Assembly (NCBI GenBank): GCA_964503715.1
Contig: CAZDAD010000002.1
Coordinates: 5,639 to 69,638, forward strand
Direction of reading: 5' to 3'
DNA: 64,000 nucleotides
DNA from: an uncultured Candidatus Saccharibacteria bacterium
Lineage (GTDB): Bacteria; Patescibacteriota; Saccharimonadia; Saccharimonadales; UBA4665
Positions 10,134-18,593 of this stretch are shown piece by piece. The notes beneath the pieces are model-generated. The model was not told where the DNA came from, searched no databases, and saw nothing but the letters and a program-made list of their open reading frames with translations. Both the position numbers and the translations under genes were made by a program. Numbering within the stretch: position 1 is the stretch's first letter; every line of letters starts with the position of its first letter.

Positions 10134-11294
10134 TTAGTGGAGTGAAATTACAACTTCGTCTGGTGGGTTATTCTTGCGCTTTTGAGCTTCCCGCGCAATC
10201 GTAGCCACATCCAAGTCGTTGTTTCTGACTAGGTCTAGTATAGCAGTGTCGGGCTGGTGTGTCACTGCTGTGCGAGCCGCTTCTTCGGTGGCTTTTTGGG
10301 CCTGTTCTGCTTGCATTTGTTGTATCTGCGCCTGTTGCCGAGCTGCTTCTTCGGTGGCTTGTCGCTGCTTCTCTTGCTGCACAGATATTGGATCTATTGT
10401 GTGTAGGTGGTTTTTGTAGTTTGTACTCAGTAGCGGTTGGTTATTGAGGTTATGTATAAAATTCTCTTCTTCAGCGGTGGGCGTGGCTGCCGCGACCATA
10501 CCCGAAGGCTCAAGACCCGGTTCGACTACCTGAGTGTTGAATGTAACGTAGTCTTGCGGTATGGTTGAGGTTTGCTGTTGTGGCTGATTGAGGAACCAGT
10601 AATTTGCGGGCTGCTGTGGTTGTTGGGTTTGTGGCGCCGCAGCGACTGGCGAGTTAATCGGTGCTGCTATGGGGTTCTGGAGACGTTCCATGACTTTTTC
10701 ACGCCTAGCCTTAGCAGACGCTGCCATCATAGCGTTGAACTGAGTGGCTATGGGGTTATCGCTCTCGTCTAACATGTCACGGGCATTTCTGTCGTCTAGT
10801 GTTGGGACCGCATGGGGTAAAGAGGATGCGCTGACTAGTCGGTCGGAGGCTCCATAGCCAGCAGGTGCATTTTTTATGGCCCATCCACGGCTGTCAATAG
10901 TTGTTGCTAGGGCCGCTAGCCTACTTCTCACCTCTGTCTGTGAAAGTCCATCAGTATAGACCTTAACAACTTTCTTAGGTACGGTTATTGTAACGAGTTC
11001 TTTGAGCCCATCTTGATTCCATATGCGCTTTCTGGGTTTTACCATGAACCTGACTTTTGCCAGCGCCCATACTTCAGTGGGCTGATCCCTGCCCCAAGGA
11101 AAGGCGAAGAAGCCGAATAGCAATGTTGGTAGCAGGAATGCGGGCGCCATAAAGGTGGCACCTTTCATAATGACCGTAAACGTCAACCAACCGAAGAATG
11201 CAGCTACTAGCCCATAAATAAACTGCCGAAGGGTTAGCGGCCCAAGAAGCTTGTCTTCTGCCTCTATGTCTTGTAGAACTTTATATGTTGCCAT
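10134..11294 (-). CDS. PrgI/VirB3-like T4SS membrane protein with a long Q-rich C-terminal extension
   Basis: N-terminus ...DIEAEDKLLGPLTLRQFIYGLVAAFFG followed by two TM helices matches my recollection of PrgI-family (VirB3-like) proteins. The C-terminal half is Q/A-rich with ATEEAAR repeated twice. Confidence 0.55.
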   Translation of the reverse strand: MATYKVLQDIEAEDKLLGPLTLRQFIYGLVAAFFGWLTFTVIMKGATFMAPAFLLPTLLFGFFAFPWGRDQPTEVWALAKVRFMVKPRKRIWNQDGLKELVTITVPKKVVKVYTDGLSQTEVRSRLAALATTIDSRGWAIKNAPAGYGASDRLVSASSLPHAVPTLDDRNARDMLDESDNPIATQFNAMMAASAKARREKVMERLQNPIAAPINSPVAAAPQTQQPQQPANYWFLNQPQQQTSTIPQDYVTFNTQVVEPGLEPSGMVAAATPTAEEENFIHNLNNQPLLSTNYKNHLHTIDPISVQQEKQRQATEEAARQQAQIQQMQAEQAQKATEEAARTAVTHQPDTAILDLVRNNDLDVATIAREAQKRKNNPPDEVVISLH

Positions 11295-11309
11295 GCAAAA
11301 TACATTACT

Positions 11310-14300
11310 TTATTTTTTGAACATTGGGCTAGTGGGGTCATTTGGATCATTTGGATTACTCGGTCTAATTACCACTCCTGCTTCAGTAGCTTTGCGCCTG
11401 AGCTGATCTGCACTTGTCTTTATGTCACCAGGGTTGCTCACTGGTTGTCCTAATTGATATGAATTGGTTGTAGCAGCGTAAGTTTCTCTTGCCTTTTGAT
11501 GTTCTTGCGACATAATTTTCTTATCTTCTCCAGATATGCCAGATGTTACGATTTCTTTTGGACTCTCTAAGTAGTCCAAAGTTTGCTCTCTTTGATTAAT
11601 CGTTTTTACCGTTGCATTGCTATATGCTGCTCTGGCATTGTCACCTGAAGCATAGTTCTTGCTGGCCTGATCCAACTCATTTATACCACTCGTAATCCTG
11701 GATGCTGTTATCATGTCACCTGCCTCTACGGCACTATTTAGCTTATTATTTAATGCCTTAGATATGTTTTCTACAGCCACAGTTTTACTGCTAACGATTT
11801 GGTATGGCGTATTACCCTCGAAAGCTGCTACATAATTATCTTGGACGATGCCATCGTTCTCGGTTAGCATCTTACCACCGCTTTTCTCAATCGCTTCAAA
11901 CGCATTAATATGCTTCCCCACCCCAGTTTTAAGGTCATAACGACCAGCTTCCGCAGTCGCAGAGTTTAGGTTGCCCGCTAGAGCCGTATAGGCTTCCTTA
12001 TTACCATCACTGACTACATACATCATATTGTTGAATGAAGACAACTCTTTTATGCCCGTACCACTCTTGATTAAGTGAGTCGCGGCCATCTGCTGCTGCC
12101 CTGCGCCAAACCCTACGACCCTAGCCTTGCTTATAGTGCTATCTATGTAGGCCTTATCTTTTTCATTCTTCAGGTCTAAATTGAATATCTTGGCCATATT
12201 TTGTCTAGCTTCATGCTCTGTTTTGCCTGAGGCTAGGGCGCGATTCACATCGTCGTCATACTTAGATAGGTTACCTAATGTTGTGCCCATACTCCTTTGA
12301 CCCGCTAGAGCAGAGTGGTACTGCATAGCAGTACCCATGGAGCCACTATGATTGGTTCTTTGAGCCGAAAAACCATCTGAGCGTGCCAAGTTGCGTATTC
12401 CGCCTCGATACATAACCCTGCCGTTCTTATCTCGCACTAGATTACCCTGATCGTCCTTTATGGCCTCTTTCCTCAGAGCATCTTTAATAAAGCCTGACTT
12501 ATCTTTTGAGTTGGCAAATGCACCAGCAGCAAAACCCTTGTCATTTACCCATCTCCCAAAAGAAGTATTTCCCTTGAACCTTTGGCCGTGCTTAAGATTG
12601 TCCATATTGTTTTTTACAATATTACCCCTGGCATTTCTAAGACGATCGAATACGCCCTTGCTTCTATCGTTGACCATTCCAGTGACCGTACCTATGAGAC
12701 CGCCCGCCATCTTGAATGCCATAGGCAGTAAGAAGTAGGGCGCAAAGTAAGCAATGAATCCCACGACCTGTCTAGCGAGATCGCCCTGATCTCTTGCCGC
12801 CACAAAAGCTAGCACATGACCACCCGCAATCATCGCAGAGATAATAGGAAACACAATAAGAACCGACAACAGGGCTGACTTCCACATCGTCCAGAACTTT
12901 TGGGTATTTGGTAGTATTGATGCTGCAATTGCTAAAGGTGCCATTACAACTAGTACTGTTACAAGTAGCTCACGGAAAACAATCACCGCGAAGGCTACCA
13001 GTGCTCCTAAAACAGCAGTAATTGCAAACAGGAATAGTCCTATCCACCCAAAGGCTACTATTCCGTAAGCTACTCCAGCCGCTAGACCTGTGAAGCCGAA
13101 GAATTGTAGCAGCAGAGCTGTACCAAAACTTAAGCTGTTGGCCCCTTTTCGTATGAACGGTCCGTAGAACAGAGATCTAATACCAGTACCAAGGTCATTA
13201 CTTAGGGAAATCAGAAGCCCCAATACAGCCCAGGATGAGGCAATGAAAACCACTGCAAAAAGTAGCCTCGGTAGGACTTTTCTGACCGTGTAGGCGCTCA
13301 TTATTTCCAAGCCAGCAACCTGTGATACGACCATAATAAGTGCTGCGATTACTATTAAACCTGCAGCCAGGTTTCTAAAATTAGCCCAGATATCATGGTA
13401 ACTTTTTGCTGCGTCCGAGTATCCAAATATCGTTGAGGTGTTTATTGTGAGCAGGCTATTTATGACATTATCTGTAAACGCAGCTAATGACACCATTCCA
13501 TCAACTATTGGACAGGCAAACCACTTTAGTACAGTACCAACCCCTCCTTTCATCGATGCTGCGCAAGCGAGCTTCTCTGTGTCAGATCCGCTAGCAGCAG
13601 CGATAGTTGCCTCTGGATTAGTATATGTTTGACTTGTGCTATTGATTAGTTTCTTTATCGTGTCGGGGATAGGTGCATTTGTTTTAGTTGGCGCGTTCCC
13701 TCCGATTTTACTGATGGTATTTGGGGAGGTCTTTGTTCCAGGCTTTATTCCTAGTAGCTTAAGGCCGTAATCTTGGCATACATCTGTTCTCTTTCCTTCC
13801 GCATAGAGTATCGCTCGTTTTTCGTCGGGTATACCGTTTGACCTATAATAGTCAACGGTCATTGTGCAAGTGCTAAGGTCATCAATAGTAAAACCTTCAG
13901 GTTTTTTTTCTGCACCATTGCTGAGGCCAGTTTTTAGCCACGTGGCCAGCTCATCATCGACAGCTCCACTAGTAACTATATAGCTACCACAACTAGTCGC
14001 TTTTTTAATATAAAACAGCTGCTTGCCTGATAGTGAGTAGCTATTGTTGTCAATGGCATAACCTAAGCGACAGAGAGCCTTCTCGAAGTCATCGGCACTG
14101 CTCGGTTTATCAGTTGTATAGTGATTGAAAGTGTCATTATCTGCACCTCTCTGCCAAAATGTAATTGTATTATTGCCGCCATTCCCTATTAAACCAGAAG
14201 TATTGGCGTTAACTTTTCTAGATTCAAACGAGAAGGACGCGGATACCGCATTAGCAACCTGATATGTCAGCATAACTACAGCGATACTGCCTAAAACAAC

Positions 14301-14324
14301 CATCTTCCGCATAAGCTTTTTCAT
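11310..14324 (-). CDS. VirB6/TrbL-like polytopic T4SS channel protein (1004 aa) with large N- and C-terminal soluble domains
   Basis: Signal peptide, a roughly 300-aa extracytoplasmic domain, a central block of about 7-8 hydrophobic helices (residues about 320-560), then a roughly 440-aa polar tail. It is the first gene of the minus-strand T4SS block, divergent from the pilin genes. Confidence 0.55.
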   Translation of the reverse strand: MKKLMRKMVVLGSIAVVMLTYQVANAVSASFSFESRKVNANTSGLIGNGGNNTITFWQRGADNDTFNHYTTDKPSSADDFEKALCRLGYAIDNNSYSLSGKQLFYIKKATSCGSYIVTSGAVDDELATWLKTGLSNGAEKKPEGFTIDDLSTCTMTVDYYRSNGIPDEKRAILYAEGKRTDVCQDYGLKLLGIKPGTKTSPNTISKIGGNAPTKTNAPIPDTIKKLINSTSQTYTNPEATIAAASGSDTEKLACAASMKGGVGTVLKWFACPIVDGMVSLAAFTDNVINSLLTINTSTIFGYSDAAKSYHDIWANFRNLAAGLIVIAALIMVVSQVAGLEIMSAYTVRKVLPRLLFAVVFIASSWAVLGLLISLSNDLGTGIRSLFYGPFIRKGANSLSFGTALLLQFFGFTGLAAGVAYGIVAFGWIGLFLFAITAVLGALVAFAVIVFRELLVTVLVVMAPLAIAASILPNTQKFWTMWKSALLSVLIVFPIISAMIAGGHVLAFVAARDQGDLARQVVGFIAYFAPYFLLPMAFKMAGGLIGTVTGMVNDRSKGVFDRLRNARGNIVKNNMDNLKHGQRFKGNTSFGRWVNDKGFAAGAFANSKDKSGFIKDALRKEAIKDDQGNLVRDKNGRVMYRGGIRNLARSDGFSAQRTNHSGSMGTAMQYHSALAGQRSMGTTLGNLSKYDDDVNRALASGKTEHEARQNMAKIFNLDLKNEKDKAYIDSTISKARVVGFGAGQQQMAATHLIKSGTGIKELSSFNNMMYVVSDGNKEAYTALAGNLNSATAEAGRYDLKTGVGKHINAFEAIEKSGGKMLTENDGIVQDNYVAAFEGNTPYQIVSSKTVAVENISKALNNKLNSAVEAGDMITASRITSGINELDQASKNYASGDNARAAYSNATVKTINQREQTLDYLESPKEIVTSGISGEDKKIMSQEHQKARETYAATTNSYQLGQPVSNPGDIKTSADQLRRKATEAGVVIRPSNPNDPNDPTSPMFKK

Positions 14325-14425
14325 CTTACTTATAATAATACAACATACCCATACCTGAGTATATCTAAAATATGTCTAATGATTATTTTTATACAAGATA
14401 AAATTTGTATAGTAGAATGATAGAT

Positions 14426-14863
14426 ATGAAAACAAAGCTCTCAGCTTTATTTGTGGGTATTTTGGTCGCAACACCACTTTTATTCACTGCTATTGTAAAA
14501 CTTTACCCTGGGCAGTCTGATGTAGTATATGCTGAGAATAAAATATGCCAGAAAGCTACTGACACCAACTGTACACCTCAATCCAGTGATCCTGCCTTAG
14601 CTGGAAAGGATGACACATGTAAGACGGGGGATTGTATAATTGACCGATACGTTTCTCCTACAATTAAGGCTCTGTCTGCCTTAGTCGGCGTTGTTGCGAC
14701 TGCGTCCATAGTCTACGCGGGTATACAATATTCTTCTGCCGAAGGAGATGCCGGAAAAATATCTGCTGCAAGGAAACGCATATCTCAGACAATAGCAGGC
14801 CTTCTTGCCTGGTTGTTCCTGTTGACGTTTCTTAATTGGCTTATGCCAGGGGGGCTATTCTAG
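14426..14863 (+). CDS. T4SS pilin-like protein (VirB2/TrbC-type two-helix protein), paralog 1
   Basis: Signal peptide MKTKLSALFVGILVATPLLF. The C-terminal module is VVATASIVYAGIQYSSAEGDAGKISAARKRISQTIAGLL plus a second hydrophobic helix. The ORF track start at 14405 is TTG; the in-frame ATG at 14426 is preferred. Confidence 0.65.
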   Translation: MKTKLSALFVGILVATPLLFTAIVKLYPGQSDVVYAENKICQKATDTNCTPQSSDPALAGKDDTCKTGDCIIDRYVSPTIKALSALVGVVATASIVYAGIQYSSAEGDAGKISAARKRISQTIAGLLAWLFLLTFLNWLMPGGLF

Positions 14864-15249
14864 TGCTTAGCATAATCGATACATTAGCTGCTGCATGCAG
14901 CTCAAGCAACAGTTTCTTTGGTATCCCAACTTGGTATAAATATCTTGTCGACGCAGGTCTCATGACCACCGATGCGTCAGGTGGGTGCTCATTGGCAACA
15001 CTTACGACTAATCAATGGCCGCAGGTTATTGTGTTGGTGGCCATGGCTATACTAGACATATTATTGAGAGTAGCTGGCCTAGTAGCTGTTATATTCATAA
15101 TATATGGTGGTATAAAATACATCACCAGTGAAGGTGACCCCGGCGCCACCAAAAAAGCCCAGGAAACTATAATCGGCGCCGTTATTGGCCTAGTGATTGC
15201 TGTTATTGCAGCAGCGGTTGTGTCATTTATTGGAAAGGCTCTAGGGTGA
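14863..15249 (+). CDS. T4SS pilin-like protein, paralog 2
   Basis: C-terminal module IIYGGIKYITSEGDPGATKKAQETIIGAVIGLVIAV. A GTG at 14863 overlaps the preceding TAG by 1 nt. The alternative TTG at 14836 is the ORF-track start. Confidence 0.6.
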   Translation: MLSIIDTLAAACSSSNSFFGIPTWYKYLVDAGLMTTDASGGCSLATLTTNQWPQVIVLVAMAILDILLRVAGLVAVIFIIYGGIKYITSEGDPGATKKAQETIIGAVIGLVIAVIAAAVVSFIGKALG

Positions 15250-15527
15250 TGTTCGATAAGCTAGCGACAATGTCTGATGCCGTTAACCAGCTTCCAAATG
15301 TTAATGCTGGTAGCGGAACAATACAAACAATACTAAATACAGTGTTTGGCATAATGGGCGCAGTGGCGGTGCTGGTTATAGTACTTGCTGGTTTTAGATA
15401 TATAATTTCTCACGGCGACAGCAGGCTAATTGAACAATCCAAGAACCAAATATTATATGCAATCGTTGGCCTGGTTGTAATTATTTTTGCTACAGCTATT
15501 GCTAATTTTGTTATTAAGGGTATTTAA
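15249..15527 (+). CDS. T4SS pilin-like protein, paralog 3
   Basis: Module VLAGFRYIISHGDSRLIEQSKNQILYAIVGLVVIIF. The ATG at 15249 overlaps the preceding TGA (TGATG). Confidence 0.6.
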   Translation: MFDKLATMSDAVNQLPNVNAGSGTIQTILNTVFGIMGAVAVLVIVLAGFRYIISHGDSRLIEQSKNQILYAIVGLVVIIFATAIANFVIKGI

Positions 15528-15530
15528 GCT

Positions 15531-15917
15531 ATGAGAAGACTATTGTTATCACTTTTGGTCACTACTAGTGCAGTGCTATTTTTGTCTATTCCTGCTATGG
15601 CACAGAACGTAGTAACGGATCCTGCTTGTGGAGTTGGCGGGACGGGTGGCTCGGCCTACTGTCAACAATCTGGCAGTAATCCAATTGTCGGTCCAAACGG
15701 GCTAATAACCAAAGTTATTAATATCATTAGCTATATTGCTGGCATCGCAGCAGTCATAATGGTGATCATAAGCGGGATTATGTTCGTTAACTCTCATGGT
15801 GACTCGAACTCAGTTAAAACGGCGCGCAATACACTTATGTATGCGATAATTGGTCTTATAATAGTAGTAATAGCACAGACACTCGTGAGGTTTGTCCTGA
15901 GCAGAGTGGTTAAATAA
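15531..15917 (+). CDS. T4SS pilin-like protein, paralog 4
   Basis: Signal peptide ending PAMA/Q. Module VIISGIMFVNSHGDSNSVKTARNTLMYAIIGLIIVV. Confidence 0.65.
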   Translation: MRRLLLSLLVTTSAVLFLSIPAMAQNVVTDPACGVGGTGGSAYCQQSGSNPIVGPNGLITKVINIISYIAGIAAVIMVIISGIMFVNSHGDSNSVKTARNTLMYAIIGLIIVVIAQTLVRFVLSRVVK

Positions 15918-15926
15918 GGAGCTAAG

Positions 15927-16304
15927 ATGAAAAACACTAAAGTATTAATGTCGGCATTAGTAGGCGTAGGAGTAGCTACTGCGGCGCTATTTGTTCCTTC
16001 AAATCCAGTTTTTGCAGACTCCAAGACAGAAGTCATGAACGGCATTAACCAAACTGGCTCAGGTTCAAACACGGATATCCCAGGCTTAATCGCTGCAGTA
16101 GTCAACTTCTTAAGTTTCGTAGTAGGCGCTCTATCCGTAATCATGGTTATTTACGGTGGCTTCCGCTATGTCACTTCGGGTGGTGACTCAGGCAAGGTCT
16201 CTGGGGCAAAGAACACAATTGTCTATGCCTTAATTGGTCTACTGATTGTCGTTCTAGCTCAGGTAATTGTTAAGTTTGTGCTAGAGAAGGCCATCGGAGC
16301 CTAG
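15927..16304 (+). CDS. T4SS pilin-like protein, paralog 5
   Basis: AAGGAG RBS upstream and a signal peptide ending VFA/D. Module VIYGGFRYVTSGGDSGKVSGAKNTIVYALIGLLIVVLAQVIVKF. Confidence 0.7.
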   Translation: MKNTKVLMSALVGVGVATAALFVPSNPVFADSKTEVMNGINQTGSGSNTDIPGLIAAVVNFLSFVVGALSVIMVIYGGFRYVTSGGDSGKVSGAKNTIVYALIGLLIVVLAQVIVKFVLEKAIGA

Positions 16305-16366
16305 TAGACACTTATCTACCCCTGTGGTATAAAGTAAACAAAAGGGCTTAAGAAAGGAATCTCAAA

Positions 16367-16780
16367 ATGATTAGTACTATTAAAAAAACAATGCTAGCAA
16401 TTGTTGCCACACTAGCAGTAGTGGTAGCGCCAGTTGTTACGCCTATGGCGGTCTATGCTGAGCAAGCAAACATTACCGACAATCTAAAGGCTGGTTCGAA
16501 TCTCGATCCAACAGGCAACAATACTGATATATCATCAGGTTCATCTGGTATAACCAACCTAATTACAAGTGTAGTTAATATCTTTTCACTTATTGTGGGC
16601 ATGGTATCAGTTATCATGATTATCTACGGTGGCTTCCGCTACATCACTTCTGGTGGTGACTCGGGCAAGGTTTCTGGAGCTAAGAACACAATTATCTATG
16701 CTGTAATTGGCCTAGTGATAGTCGTCCTTGCACAGGTAATCGTTAAGTTTATTCTAGATAAAGCTACCACTATTCAGTAG
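16367..16780 (+). CDS. T4SS pilin-like protein, paralog 6
   Basis: Signal peptide ending VYA/E. Module IIYGGFRYITSGGDSGKVSGAKNTIIYAVIGLVIVVLAQVIVKF is nearly identical to paralog 5. Confidence 0.7.
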   Translation: MISTIKKTMLAIVATLAVVVAPVVTPMAVYAEQANITDNLKAGSNLDPTGNNTDISSGSSGITNLITSVVNIFSLIVGMVSVIMIIYGGFRYITSGGDSGKVSGAKNTIIYAVIGLVIVVLAQVIVKFILDKATTIQ

Positions 16781-16802
16781 TCGTACGTTCTAACAAATTT
16801 AA

Positions 16803-16824
16803 GCGCCCGCACAGGGCGCTTTTT
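16803..16824 (+). terminator. rho-independent terminator of the pilin gene array
   Basis: GCGCCC-GCACA-GGGCGC hairpin followed by TTTTT, 23 nt after the stop at 16780. Confidence 0.75.
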
Positions 16825-16923
16825 GTTTGCTCACACATGAGTGCTCCATGACCGCGCTGTGACTGCTCAATAGATTTAACTGTTCCCTACCCCCTTCTCC
16901 TATATTATCGAGAATGACTCATA

Positions 16924-16950
16924 GAAAAACCACTCGCTTTCACGAGTGGT
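16924..16950 (-). terminator. rho-independent terminator of hsp20
   Basis: On the minus strand, ACCACTCG-TGAAAG-CGAGTGGT is followed by a T-run (plus-strand AAAAA at 16925-16929), about 29 nt after the stop at 16979. Confidence 0.7.
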
Positions 16951-16978
16951 TTGTATTCAAGACTGCACCAAGTTGGTT

Positions 16979-17461
16979 CTAGAGAACTTGAATCTTCTTT
17001 ACGGTGTCTTGCTTGACCTTAGTGAAGCTGATAGTGAGTACGCCGTCTTTGAGCATAGCTTCAATCTCTTCTTCCTTTACGGGAACTGGCAAAGCAATGC
17101 TTCGTGAGAATTCACCCCAGTAGCACTCTTGTGCAAAGTAGTTGATCACATCATCTTCATTGCCAGCCGATAGCGTGCCACGAATACTTAGTGTATTGTC
17201 AGCGATGCTTACGTCTAAGTCGTTCTTGTTTACGCCCGCCGTACGAGCCTTAACAACTAGCTTTTCCTTGGTTTCGTAAACGTCTACAGCCAATTGGCCT
17301 GGAAGATCTTCGCTTTCATCCCACTCATCATTAGCAACGGTTGGTTCGTTGCCCTCAGTTGTTTCTACATCAGTTTGTGCTGGTTCCTCATCACCCAAGA
17401 AAGCTGCAGTAAGTTCGTCTTCCTCAAGCAACAGGTCGTCATCGCGATTTCGTCGCGCCAT
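16979..17461 (-). CDS. Hsp20/alpha-crystallin family small heat-shock protein with an acidic N-terminal extension
   Basis: The alpha-crystallin domain pattern is present (LAVDVYETKEKLVVKARTAGV...LSIRG...F.R...LP...KDGVLTI.F). The ATG at 17461 is preceded by GGAGGG. The ORF-track start at 17476 is GTG. Confidence 0.85.
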   Translation of the reverse strand: MARRNRDDDLLLEEDELTAAFLGDEEPAQTDVETTEGNEPTVANDEWDESEDLPGQLAVDVYETKEKLVVKARTAGVNKNDLDVSIADNTLSIRGTLSAGNEDDVINYFAQECYWGEFSRSIALPVPVKEEEIEAMLKDGVLTISFTKVKQDTVKKIQVL

Positions 17462-17593
17462 GTTGTTACCCTCCACGGTTATTTTCTTAGAAAACAGTCT
17501 TGAATTTTTGTGTTACTAGCAGTATAGCTTAGTTTTAACAGAGGACGCAACACCAAAGGGGTTATTTACAACACAATAAATACAACAGTGCTT

Positions 17594-18331
17594 ATGTTTG
17601 AACAAATTATTAGTTTCCTTGCCCCACACCAATGTGTTTGCTGCGGTAAATACGGTGATATTTTGTGCCAAAGATGCACCAATTCTTTGCGTACCATATC
17701 TGTTGAAGACACACTAATGGCATATCAGACGCTAATAACCCTGCTTAGGTCAGATTATGCATGTATAGAGAACAGAGTGAGGCTAAATATTAGCACATAC
17801 TATAGTGGTAGCGCTAAAAAACTTATACATTCGCTAAAATTCGGTCGTGCTAAATATACGGCCAAGAATGTAGCTGAGATCATGATGCCACTACCAGTAG
17901 ATTATGACCTTATAACTTACGTCCCTACATCAACATCACACATTAGGGTGAGGGGCTATGACCACGCCGAGTTAATCGCCAAGAACTTGTCGAAGAAACT
18001 GCAAGTCAAAAAGGCTAAACTCCTAACAAAAACAGATCAAAAGCGTCAGATTGGTTCCGATAGAAACCGCAGGTTGTATCAATTAGAGGGTTCGATTATT
18101 GCCAAAAACCCAAAGGCAATCACAGGAAAGAGGGTTTTGCTGGTAGATGATGTGTTCACTACGGGGTCAACTATCGCCCTGTGCACCAGGTTGTTATTAG
18201 TAGCTGGCGCAAAAAGTGTTGATGTTTGCGTCTTTGCCTTGGCAGAAAGCTCAGCCACTGGTATAATTACCCCTGTTACAAAGAAGCCGTCAATGGAAGG
18301 GTGTCCGAGCGGTTTAAGGAAACGGTCTTGA
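17594..18331 (+). CDS. comF: ComF-family protein (phosphoribosyltransferase domain, N-terminal Cys4 finger)
   Basis: CVCCG...CQRC zinc-ribbon-like N-terminus and PRTase motif VLLVDDVFTTGST. The reading frame continues 37 nt into the tRNA-Ser gene before its first stop. Confidence 0.75.
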   Translation: MFEQIISFLAPHQCVCCGKYGDILCQRCTNSLRTISVEDTLMAYQTLITLLRSDYACIENRVRLNISTYYSGSAKKLIHSLKFGRAKYTAKNVAEIMMPLPVDYDLITYVPTSTSHIRVRGYDHAELIAKNLSKKLQVKKAKLLTKTDQKRQIGSDRNRRLYQLEGSIIAKNPKAITGKRVLLVDDVFTTGSTIALCTRLLLVAGAKSVDVCVFALAESSATGIITPVTKKPSMEGCPSGLRKRS

Positions 18332-18384
18332 AAACCGTCGTGCCGGCAACGGTACCGTGGGTTCGAATCCCACCCCTTCCGCCA
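18295..18384 (+). tRNA. tRNA-Ser (anticodon TGA), CCA encoded
   Basis: Acceptor GGAAGGG/CCCTTCC, anticodon stem ACGGT/ACCGT with loop CTTGAAA, long variable arm, T-loop GTTCGAATC and 3' GCCA. Confidence 0.9.
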
Positions 18385-18423
18385 ACATAAGATTCGCGCT
18401 ACAATAAGGCGAATACCTCTAAT

Positions 18424-18516
18424 GGAGAGGTACCCAAGAGGCTGAAGGGGGCGGTTTGCTAAATCGCTAGGGGGGAGCAATCCCCCGCGAGGGTTCGAAT
18501 CCCTCTCTCTCCGCCA
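18424..18516 (+). tRNA. tRNA-Ser (anticodon GCT), CCA encoded
   Basis: Acceptor GGAGAGG/TCTCTCC (one G-U pair), anticodon loop TTGCTAA, long variable arm, T-loop GTTCGAATC and 3' GCCA. Confidence 0.9.
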
Positions 18517-18517
18517 A

Positions 18518-18549
18518 TAAGGAGTCCCATTTCGGGGCTCCTTATTTTG
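18518..18549 (+). terminator. rho-independent terminator after the tRNA-Ser pair
   Basis: AAGGAGTCCC-ATTTC-GGGGCTCCTT hairpin (one G-U pair) followed by ATTTT. Confidence 0.7.
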
Positions 18550-18593
18550 TTGTACTTTGCACCTCGAAGCAAGCATGGTGTACAATAACGCTT

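Noticed and set aside
9765-10772. Plus-strand Arg/Leu/Gly/Cys-rich ORFs (9765..10145, 10004..10204, 10219..10447, 10572..10772)
   Set aside because: They are mirror images of the P/Q-rich and Q/A-rich coding tracts on the minus strand, so they are compositional artefacts.
15794-16144. 116-aa minus-strand ORF across pilin paralogs 4 and 5
   Set aside because: It is antisense to two genes with signal peptides and the conserved pilin module.
18079-18585. 168-aa minus-strand ORF (and the 18459..18659 ORF)
   Set aside because: It runs antisense across both tRNA-Ser genes and the comF 3' end. It is explained by stop-poor, GC-rich tRNA sequence and has no motif.
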